IMG/VR virus record: IMGVR_UViG_3300027754_000185
Location: 1-42,228 of that record
DNA from: a virus
Taxonomy: Duplodnaviria > Caudoviricetes
Length of the DNA: 42,228 nt
Reading direction: 5' to 3' (one strand)
Part shown: one piece after another, positions 19,392 to 26,088 of the stretch
Numbering within the stretch: the stretch's first letter is position 1
How the letters are laid out: every line of letters starts with the position of its first letter
Notes under the pieces: model-generated
The model's database searches: none
What the model was told of the DNA's origin: nothing
What the model saw: only the letters and a program-made list of their open reading frames with translations
Made by a program: the position numbers and the translations under genes

Positions 19392-19579
19392 GTGTTGCGC
19401 TCCTTCCAAAAACTGTACCAAAATAATTCTTTCATCCACAAAGGTATCTGCGTGTAAACCGCATTGAACTTGTCGCCGTACTTGCGGTGGTGTTTTACAT
19501 AGGCGTCTTCCAGTGTGCCTATCGGCGGCGGTGGAATGTAGGTCTTGTAAAACTCTAAGTAGTCAATGGGTTGAGTCAT
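19388..19579 (-). CDS. Array mini-gene, 63 aa
   Basis: MTQPIDY...WKERNT. Confidence 0.7.
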   Translation of the reverse strand: MTQPIDYLEFYKTYIPPPPIGTLEDAYVKHHRKYGDKFNAVYTQIPLWMKELFWYSFWKERNT

Positions 19580-20109
19580 GTGTTGCGCTCCTTGAGTCGC
19601 TGCTCAATGGCTCGGGCATCTTTGATTGTTATGTATGGATTTACATCTGAGTCTGCCGTTCCAATCCGACTGACTGCGCTCCAAATCTCCTCATCCGTCA
19701 ACCCTACCCACGGGCGCTGTGCTGCTTTCCACTCAGCCAAAAAGCTGATTGCCTGTAGCCCGTATTCGTCAAGGATGTTCTTGATCAATTCCCACTCGGG
19801 AGGTGGCTGTGCTGCGGGTGGGGTGGCCCTCACCATATGCTTTAGCCAATCAGCCTGAAACCACTCGTCCTGCCCGTTAATCCTGACACATAGGTCTGTG
19901 TGGTGAGCGTGCTTAAGCCGATCAATCAACCGCTGGACAGAGGCCACCTGAATTGAGTTAATGTTTTCGTCGGTCAAAATCCACGCCACAGGCTCCTGCT
20001 CTGGCTGTGCTACTGGCACTGGCAATGCTTTCGTGCCCCCGCAGTCTTTGTAATGACACGCATCTCCGTCTTGGCAGGGGCAGCGAGGGTCTTTTCCTAT
20101 GCATGTCAT
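19576..20109 (-). CDS. Array gene, 177 aa mosaic
   Basis: Cys-rich head (CIGKDPRCPCQDGDACHY), QPEQEPVAW, PWVGLTDEEI...ARAIEQRLKERNT. Confidence 0.75.
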   Translation of the reverse strand: MTCIGKDPRCPCQDGDACHYKDCGGTKALPVPVAQPEQEPVAWILTDENINSIQVASVQRLIDRLKHAHHTDLCVRINGQDEWFQADWLKHMVRATPPAAQPPPEWELIKNILDEYGLQAISFLAEWKAAQRPWVGLTDEEIWSAVSRIGTADSDVNPYITIKDARAIEQRLKERNT

Positions 20110-20339
20110 GTGTTTCCCCTTGCTCTGATTTGCTCTGCAAGTCGTGCGGCTCTTGCTTCATCACATTCCTTCGCACAAGCCTCACGTTCGGCAGCGGTGA
20201 CAAGGGCGGCAAAGGCTTCAAGGTAGTGCAGAAATTTATCTCTGTCCTTGCCCATGCCGTAGAACGACAGCCCGGATGCGTCTGCTATGAGGATAATTTC
20301 ATCTCGTGTCATTGCACCCTCCCTCGACCCGTCTGTCAT
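20106..20339 (-). CDS. Array mini-gene (alternative internal start MTRDEII)
   Basis: EAFAALV.AAEREACAK.C...IRARGNT, a common small phage protein pattern. Confidence 0.7.
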   Translation of the reverse strand: MTDGSREGAMTRDEIILIADASGLSFYGMGKDRDKFLHYLEAFAALVTAAEREACAKECDEARAARLAEQIRARGNT

Positions 20340-20536
20340 GTGTTGCGCTCCTTCAGCTTGGCTTCAATGGCATCGTCTCTACGCCACCAAAAGACCAAGG
20401 TCATCCCATCCCCGCCTTCGACCCCGGCTTCTGGGCTTTCGGTAAAAACAACCCAATCTTCGCCAAAGGAAGGATATGTACCAAGCCGTTCAAACCCTGC
20501 CTTCCGCGCCCACTTGGTGATCTCATTTTTGTTCAT
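20336..20536 (-). CDS. Array mini-gene, 66 aa
   Basis: MNKNEITKWARKAGF...AIEAKLKERNT. SD AAGGAG. Confidence 0.7.
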   Translation of the reverse strand: MNKNEITKWARKAGFERLGTYPSFGEDWVVFTESPEAGVEGGDGMTLVFWWRRDDAIEAKLKERNT

Positions 20537-20678
20537 TCAGTATCTCCTTCTCAAGCACTACTACCGCAGCGTCAATCTGCTCAAACAAGTAGTCGGGCAG
20601 TGTTGTTCTATGGATGGACATTGCACTCTCTATCGCCGACAGTAGGCGTAGGATTCTCAACATTTCTTGCTTAGTCAT
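20523..20678 (-). CDS. Array mini-gene, 51 aa
   Basis: Hand-translated MTKQEMLRILRLLSAIESAMSIHRTTLPDYLFEQIDAAVVVLEKEILNEQK. Confidence 0.7.
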   Translation of the reverse strand: MTKQEMLRILRLLSAIESAMSIHRTTLPDYLFEQIDAAVVVLEKEILNEQK

Positions 20679-20902
20679 GTGTTCTTCTCCTTGAGTTTTG
20701 CTTCGATGGCTCGGGCAAATTTGTCAGCGTGGAGGTCACCGCCAATCGTGCAGTCGTTCACCATTTGCCAAATCTCCTCAACCGTCAGCCCCACCCACGG
20801 CTTGGCGTAGACCTGCGTGTCATCGTCATCGTCAGTTTGCGCTGCCCACAAACGCAAAGCCTCGCGTTCGATCCTTCGGAATTCATCTTCTTCGGAGTTC
20901 AT
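20675..20902 (-). CDS. Array mini-gene, 75 aa
   Basis: ...YAKPWVGLTVEEI...FARAIEAKLKEKNT. Confidence 0.75.
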   Translation of the reverse strand: MNSEEDEFRRIEREALRLWAAQTDDDDDTQVYAKPWVGLTVEEIWQMVNDCTIGGDLHADKFARAIEAKLKEKNT

Positions 20903-21126
20903 GTTTCCCTCTCTTTCAGCATCGCGTCCGCTGCTTTGTATGCTTCTTCTGCAACACCCTCATACCATGTTCCTTCATATGTAGTTAGGCGTGCGTGCAT
21001 AGCCTTGGCAGCAAAGTAGTCGCGCAGGGTCATTCCTTTTTGCGGGTCAACTACTACGTCTTCTTCTCCGGTAAGATAATTATTTCCACGACTTGCGGGG
21101 CGTGGAAACGCTGATTCTTTGTTCAT
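20899..21126 (-). CDS. Conserved small phage protein (GMTLRDYFAAKAM family)
   Basis: AFP...GMTLRDYFAAKAM...AY.AADAML.ER motif. Start at the ATGA overlap, 21126. Confidence 0.8.
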   Translation of the reverse strand: MNKESAFPRPASRGNNYLTGEEDVVVDPQKGMTLRDYFAAKAMHARLTTYEGTWYEGVAEEAYKAADAMLKERET

Positions 21127-21245
21127 ATTAAGGCCCACATTAGTCCCGCAATACCTGCGAGGAAAACAATTGTCATCAAGACAAGAATAATTTTTGTCAC
21201 CCAGTACATAAACTCGTCTATCCCGGTGTAATCGTCATCATCCAT
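21123..21245 (-). CDS. Small single-TM membrane protein, 40 aa
   Basis: Hand-translated MDDDDYTGIDEFMYWVTKIILVLMTIVFLAGIAGLMWALI. SD AAGGAG, fills the operon gap. Confidence 0.7.
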   Translation of the reverse strand: MDDDDYTGIDEFMYWVTKIILVLMTIVFLAGIAGLMWALI

Positions 21246-21546
21246 GTTTGCTCTCCTTGACCGATGCAACACCGTCAGCAAACCCTCTCATGTAATGTTT
21301 CAAATTCATAACTGATCGTGTTTTAAGCACTCGTGGTTTAATTGCAGGAGGTTCTTTAGTCAATAAATCTTTCAAAGCAAAATACCGTTGAAAAGAAGTT
21401 TGTTTTTGCACACCGGTACTCATTTTGCTTATGTTTTGTTCTTTAAGTCCTGAATGTTTGGAAATATCAACCTGTTTCCAACCTTTACTTTTTAATATTT
21501 GAAAAAGTTCTACTAGGGTCAATAGTTTTTCTGTGTTGTTTTTCAT
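21238..21546 (-). CDS. XRE/Cro-like HTH regulator
   Basis: LKSKGWKQVDISKHSGLKEQNISKM HTH pattern. Confidence 0.65.
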   Translation of the reverse strand: MKNNTEKLLTLVELFQILKSKGWKQVDISKHSGLKEQNISKMSTGVQKQTSFQRYFALKDLLTKEPPAIKPRVLKTRSVMNLKHYMRGFADGVASVKESKHG

Positions 21547-21755
21547 GCTTGTTCCTTGTGTTGATTGATATGTTGTTCTAACCGTTTGATGCGAGTGTCG
21601 TTGTAACGCACCACAGAAACAGCATAGTCAACTGCTGTCTCAGCTTCCAGCTTGCACAAATGGGCAATTGCAAGTTCTTTTGAGATCATCTCTAATGGCG
21701 TTGGACGCCGAAAATAAGTTTTGATTAAATTAATCATGGTGCTTAATCTTGTCAA
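21543..21755 (-). CDS. Hypothetical protein
   Basis: FRRPTPLEM...L.A...YA helical small protein, coupled to its neighbours. Confidence 0.65.
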   Translation of the reverse strand: MTRLSTMINLIKTYFRRPTPLEMISKELAIAHLCKLEAETAVDYAVSVVRYNDTRIKRLEQHINQHKEQA

Positions 21756-21966
21756 CTGGCATCACAGAAGATATCCAGAAACCATTGTTGTTTAAACTCA
21801 TTCCTTTCTTTAACATTTCTTTTGAGGTTCTGCATCTTCGGGTAGAACCATGATCACCTGTTCGATGTTTATCAAAGGAATAGCTGCTGTTGAAATATTC
21901 CATGCACCCTTGACATTGATTTTTATCGCCCGTTAATTTTTTAGGGGCAATGTTTACATCAACCAT
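21730..21966 (-). CDS. Zinc-binding protein with FDxHR motif
   Basis: CQGC..YF.S..SFDKHR.G....RRC. Start 21966 inferred. Confidence 0.7.
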   Translation of the reverse strand: MVDVNIAPKKLTGDKNQCQGCMEYFNSSYSFDKHRTGDHGSTRRCRTSKEMLKKGMSLNNNGFWISSVMPVDKIKHHD

Positions 21967-22270
21967 TTTTTGCACCTTGTAATAAACATTTGTAAAGATC
22001 ATCAGACATCAGTTCTGCAAAAGATTTCCCGCTTGGGAATCTCATTTTGCTGGCAGTGTTGGCGCTAACAACCTCAATGGATTTTTTAATGCCATCGTTG
22101 TAGCCGCTTGCATAAGTTGAATCAGACAGACGCATTGAGATTGCCTCTCTAATCACAGAAGACATGGTAAGTTTTTTAGCCTTGGAAAATTTTCTAAGTT
22201 TTGTGTATTCACTTTCCTCAATGTAGGCCATGAATGGCTTCAGCTTTAAATTTTGCATTTTTAAAATCAT
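21959..22270 (-). CDS. Ribbon-helix-helix DNA-binding protein
   Basis: FMAYIEESEYTKLRKFS...TMSSVIREAI pattern. Confidence 0.65.
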   Translation of the reverse strand: MILKMQNLKLKPFMAYIEESEYTKLRKFSKAKKLTMSSVIREAISMRLSDSTYASGYNDGIKKSIEVVSANTASKMRFPSGKSFAELMSDDLYKCLLQGAKNG

Positions 22271-22323
22271 AAGATTTTCCTTGTAAGTTCTATGACCCCC
22301 ATGAAGGGGGCCACAGGATCAGA

Positions 22324-22623
22324 TCAGAATGGAACGTTGTCATCCTGACCAAAGCTGCTTGACAATTTTCTTTCTGCAATTGCATCGTGCTCTGGAACCC
22401 ACCTATTAATTGCAAGCGACAAATAGGTTTGACCTGCGCTGTTTCGTTTCTTCCAGCCACTGATCTTAAACACCGACAAGCCATCAACAACTTGTACCGC
22501 TGTTGTGTTTGACAGGTCAATCGCAATACTCCCCCAATAGTCAGGAGATGACTCAAGTTTTTTAGTGGTGTTTGCCTTCAAACTGCCGCCATCAGGATAT
22601 TCTTTAAACTCTTTTTCACTCAT
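22324..22623 (-). CDS. Putative small single-stranded DNA-binding protein
   Basis: PDYWGSI...ISGWK....G.TYLSL fold pattern, acidic DDNVPF tail, directly after the annealase. Confidence 0.65.
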   Translation of the reverse strand: MSEKEFKEYPDGGSLKANTTKKLESSPDYWGSIAIDLSNTTAVQVVDGLSVFKISGWKKRNSAGQTYLSLAINRWVPEHDAIAERKLSSSFGQDDNVPF

Positions 22624-22627
22624 TTCT

Positions 22628-23290
22628 TTACTCCAAAAAAGATTTCTTCAAGTTGGTAAATTTCTCTAACACTTCCTTGTAAAACTCTAGGTGAGTTTTC
22701 TTCAGGCTCTCTAACTGCGTTTGGTTTGCCATCCAATAGCTTGTCAAACCATCCACATCCTTGCTAATGCTTGTGTACTCAATCATTGCATCAGCGAATG
22801 CTCTCCTGCTTTCGTCGTCGTTGCTCCACTCAGTCACCTGTACCCCTCTGTATTTTTTCTCTTCCTTTGCCTCCTTTACATCATTTACATCATTTACGGC
22901 TTTTACGTCCTTTACATAGCTTTCGGGGATGTCCTCTCCAGCGTAGATGTACAGACCCAGCCCATGCATTGCCACAGCCTTGACCAAGCAGCGCATGATT
23001 GATGTGTTTACATCAAATGAGTTTGGTGTGGCAATCGGTTTGTTGCGGTAGTCCAGAACCGGCAACATGCAGGTCACAGGCTTCTCAAACATAGTCACAG
23101 TGACCCAGACCATGAATGTGCCACCGACAGGCATAAGCGGTGTCCCGTCAAACATCTCCACCTTGAAGTTGGCGGTAGGGTCAGCCTTCAGAGCCTCTGC
23201 CCATGCCCATGCCCATGACAGGTAACTCAGGTTGTTCTTCTTCTCAACCTTGTCTTTAAGATTGATCGATAAAAGATCAGACGAATTCAT
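22628..23290 (-). CDS. Sak/Rad52-like single-strand annealing protein (DUF1071-type)
   Basis: EKKNNLSYLSWAWAW...LPVLDYRNK...FDVNTSIMRCLVKAVAMHGLGLYIYAGED. Confidence 0.9.
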   Translation of the reverse strand: MNSSDLLSINLKDKVEKKNNLSYLSWAWAWAEALKADPTANFKVEMFDGTPLMPVGGTFMVWVTVTMFEKPVTCMLPVLDYRNKPIATPNSFDVNTSIMRCLVKAVAMHGLGLYIYAGEDIPESYVKDVKAVNDVNDVKEAKEEKKYRGVQVTEWSNDDESRRAFADAMIEYTSISKDVDGLTSYWMANQTQLESLKKTHLEFYKEVLEKFTNLKKSFLE

Positions 23291-24146
23291 TGATTTCTCC
23301 TTGATACTGTTTACACCATTTGGCTACACCGCAGTAGTTCCCAGCGCATCTTCTCGGTTCTCCGGGTCTTACCTCAACATAACCTTTCTTCTCTGTCGCC
23401 ATCTCTAGTGCCTCACTTTCATTGGTCAATACTCGGATTGCAGTTTTGCGATCCACCTTTTTTACAGCGTAGGTCGTCTCCGACATCCACCGATCTGCAT
23501 CGGAACATGGTTGTAGTTCCTCTGAAAATTCAATAGCCACCTTGCTCCTCTGATGCATGGCAAGCCTGTTCCTTACAAACAGTTCGGCTTCGTAGCTGTT
23601 CCACATGGGTACATCCACTACGCAGATCTGGCTTTTTGGGTAGTCCTCTTTGTTGCTCCCGTGCTTGTTGAAGTCTTTGAGCAATGCACAGACCTTCAGT
23701 GCTATGACATTCTTCTTCTTGACAGTCTCAATCAGCCACTTGTACATGTTGAGTTGCTCCACCCACTCACGCTTCTCTCCCATGACTGACCAAACAGATG
23801 TAAACTTGTAGTCCCACAAAATGATCCCCTCTGGGGTCGTTTGTTGAGCATCAATCGCACCTGAGATTTCAATGCCATCCAACGTTGTGAAGAGCCTCTC
23901 CTCAGAGACAAACCCATGAGCCTTGACTCCCTCAAACTGAGCGTGAAGAGCAGTGCCTAAAAATCGTGGGAGCATATCGCTAACATCCTCCTCCATCTCG
24001 TTTTCGTACTGTTCTCGGAACCTTGCCACCTTGGGGGGCTGCAACAATCCCGTTACACTGTACTGGCTAGTGCCCTTGCTGTAACTGTCCTTGGACATCA
24101 TATTTACCAATGGCAGAGGCAAATCAAACTTGTTTGTAACCTTCAT
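23277..24146 (-). CDS. PD-(D/E)xK exonuclease (Cas4/RecB-like), recombination partner
   Basis: GTALH, ISGAID...WDYK, QLNMY, C-terminal RC...YC.V..WC. Confidence 0.85.
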   Translation of the reverse strand: MKVTNKFDLPLPLVNMMSKDSYSKGTSQYSVTGLLQPPKVARFREQYENEMEEDVSDMLPRFLGTALHAQFEGVKAHGFVSEERLFTTLDGIEISGAIDAQQTTPEGIILWDYKFTSVWSVMGEKREWVEQLNMYKWLIETVKKKNVIALKVCALLKDFNKHGSNKEDYPKSQICVVDVPMWNSYEAELFVRNRLAMHQRSKVAIEFSEELQPCSDADRWMSETTYAVKKVDRKTAIRVLTNESEALEMATEKKGYVEVRPGEPRRCAGNYCGVAKWCKQYQGEINEFV

Positions 24147-24160
24147 CGGAATCCTTTTTT

Positions 24161-24613
24161 ATGAACCATGATCTGTATGATAGTGCCATTGTAGAGGAAT
24201 TACAAGCGATATCACTAATTATTTTTGGTGAACCTGCAAGTAAGTCAAATTCTAGGAGAGTTGTGCGAATAAACAACACATCTCGCTTGATAAAATCAAA
24301 AAAAGCTTTAAGCTACTCAGACATCTTTAGGAATCAGTGTAGGAAACTGACCACCTTGCTCACTGGGGATCTGATGGTGACGATGCACATCCACTACGCA
24401 TCAAGGCGTCCAGACCTAGACGAGAGTCTGATCTTGGACTTGATGCAGGGGTTCATCTACGAGAACGATAGGCAGGTCAAGGAGCGCCACACCTACTGGC
24501 ACTTGGACAAGGAGAGACCCCGTGCTGAAATTTTTGTGTCGAGGATAGAGGAAATTGAACCCAAAAAAAAGCCCCGTCAACATCGGGGCAAAAATGGCAC
24601 TGCAATGCCGTAA
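24161..24613 (+). CDS. rusA: RusA-like Holliday junction resolvase
   Basis: GEPASKSN, RRPDLD...LDLMQG.IYENDRQV...RAEI. True start may be downstream. Confidence 0.8.
   Translation: MNHDLYDSAIVEELQAISLIIFGEPASKSNSRRVVRINNTSRLIKSKKALSYSDIFRNQCRKLTTLLTGDLMVTMHIHYASRRPDLDESLILDLMQGFIYENDRQVKERHTYWHLDKERPRAEIFVSRIEEIEPKKKPRQHRGKNGTAMP
24177..24205 (-). promoter_or_regulatory. Putative sigma70 promoter for the leftward recombination/mini-gene operon
   Basis: TTGTAA (24205-24200)-N17-TATCAT (24182-24177), 30 nt before the exonuclease ATG. Confidence 0.5.
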
Positions 24614-24632
24614 CGAATTCTACAAGGAAAAA

Positions 24633-24812
24633 ATGGACATCATCGACTACGCTCAACACCTGATCAAAATTGAACAGTTTCTTAGAGAAACACACGATCT
24701 ATGCAACGATAAAAAGATCAACGAAGCTCAACGATTGTGTTTAAACATCATTGTTGAAGCTCGGTTGCTTCAGTCTTGTTTGACCATCATGGGTGAAAAA
24801 ACAACAAAATAA
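24633..24812 (+). CDS. Hypothetical protein
   Basis: SD AAGGA before MDIIDYA. Helical, 59 aa. Confidence 0.6.
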   Translation: MDIIDYAQHLIKIEQFLRETHDLCNDKKINEAQRLCLNIIVEARLLQSCLTIMGEKTTK

Positions 24813-24861
24813 AATATATTTTTTCTGCACTGAAAAACCGAGAAGATTGGGTGTACAGTGC

Positions 24862-25075
24862 AAGTCGGACTCCATCCGTAGCAAGAGTTTTAGTCCCGAC
24901 TGCGTGGAAGAAAAGGGATACACGGTAAGCGTTATGGCGCAGGGCAACTACCCTCAACAACCCGTGCGGCTGGTCGAATCTGCAAGCCGAGGGATCAGTC
25001 TATGACTGACATGCAGATGCCGAAAGGCGGTGAAATCAATCCTCTCTGTCCCTTCAATGGGGAAGGGGGGTCTTT
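24862..25075 (+). ncRNA. Candidate structured RNA in a ~330 bp intergenic gap
   Basis: Nested stems: GTCGGACT/AGTCCCGAC, CACGG/CCGTG enclosing two hairpins, TCTGCA/TGCAGA enclosing TCAGTC-TAT-GACTGA, GCC-GAAA-GGC. Confidence 0.4.
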
Positions 25076-25146
25076 GGGTGAAATTATGATAAGAGCGCGT
25101 TTTGTATTCTCCCCGCCCCGAAGGGGCTTAACTGAAAGGACATTGA

Positions 25147-25401
25147 ATGTTTGCTGAACAAGACCAAGACACCTTGAAATCACTGGTTGAACTGAATGTA
25201 GAAGGATATTTCTCTGGTAGGAAGAACGTCAACCTTGATAAATTTATCCAAGCTTTGATGAGGAACTGCCCCGAGAAATTCCATGATGCAAGGTCGTTGA
25301 AATTGAGAAGGTTCTTTAATGAACCTAGGCCACACAAAGACATCGTCATTCCGATGGCTGGTTGTGTTCATCCCTATGACGAAGTCAAGGAGCCAGCATG
25401 A
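25147..25401 (+). CDS. Hypothetical protein
   Basis: SD AAAGGA, 84 aa, ATGA-coupled to the next gene. Confidence 0.65.
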   Translation: MFAEQDQDTLKSLVELNVEGYFSGRKNVNLDKFIQALMRNCPEKFHDARSLKLRRFFNEPRPHKDIVIPMAGCVHPYDEVKEPA

Positions 25402-25634
25402 GGAACTACAAAAAAGATTACGTCACCCAAGTTGCCCGTGGTGAACATGATGACAGGATGGAGAGACAAAGGGCAAGAAGAGAGATGGACGCCAAGGGTG
25501 TTGATCGTGCAGGCAAGGACGTTGCTCATGTCAAGGCGTTGAGCAAAGGTGGTAGCAACAAGACGGGGGTCAAGCTGCAAGCCCCGTCTAAGAACAGGTC
25601 GTTCCCAAGAAAATCCGATGGTTCAATGAAATAA
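25398..25634 (+). CDS. Small HNH-like nuclease
   Basis: GKDVAHVKALSKGGSN...NRS. Confidence 0.7.
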   Translation: MRNYKKDYVTQVARGEHDDRMERQRARREMDAKGVDRAGKDVAHVKALSKGGSNKTGVKLQAPSKNRSFPRKSDGSMK

Positions 25635-25648
25635 AACTGGAGAGTACG

Positions 25649-26071
25649 ATGATTGATATCTGTTCTTGCTGTGGTCAAAAGATACGCAAACTAAACCCAC
25701 ATAGGATGTGTAAACAAAAAGTAAATTTACTGCAAATATTTTACAAAGCCAAAGATTGGGTGTTCGCACAGGAGGGTTACGGGGTTGAGGTAGAAGGGAA
25801 GATGCAACGTGCGCCCTACCGGGCAAGGGCACATGCAAGCCGTTTGGTTTGGTTTGGCTTGGCAGAACATGGCAAGACGAGATCAGGGCTGTACCGCATC
25901 ACCCCAGAGGGTGTTCAGTTCCTTGCTGGTTCTCATCAAGTGCCTGCGATCATCTATTGCAAGGATGGTGAGGTCGTTGAATCAACTGACAAAAAGGTTG
26001 GCATCAGGGATGTCCGGGGCATTATCCTTGACAAGGATTACTGGGACAACTATTCGCAGATTCAAATCTAA
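25649..26071 (+). CDS. Hypothetical protein with Zn knuckle and winged-helix-like region
   Basis: CSCCGQ; L.WFGL......GLYRITPEG..FL.G. Confidence 0.65.
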   Translation: MIDICSCCGQKIRKLNPHRMCKQKVNLLQIFYKAKDWVFAQEGYGVEVEGKMQRAPYRARAHASRLVWFGLAEHGKTRSGLYRITPEGVQFLAGSHQVPAIIYCKDGEVVESTDKKVGIRDVRGIILDKDYWDNYSQIQI

Positions 26072-26088
26072 GCCTATTTTTCGACCCC

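Larger units (their letters stand above)
18687..20920 (-). repeat. Dispersed junction repeat AAGGAG(AAG/CGC)AACACATGA, ~10 copies, one per gene boundary
   Basis: On the + strand TCATGTGTT(CTT/GCG)CTCCTT starts at 18687, 18994, 19176, 19388, 19576, 20336 and 20675. Variants at 18851, 20106 and 20899. Confidence 0.92.

Noticed and set aside
20007-20674. Long + strand ORFs (212 and 122 aa) over the array
   Set aside because: Antisense to well-punctuated minus-strand genes, with no start signals.
18687-20920. CRISPR array or classical integron
   Set aside because: Spacing is irregular (about 140-530 bp) and the units are coding. There are no attC-like palindromes, no tyrosine integrase and no cas operon. 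The Cas4-like nuclease sits in a recombination module.
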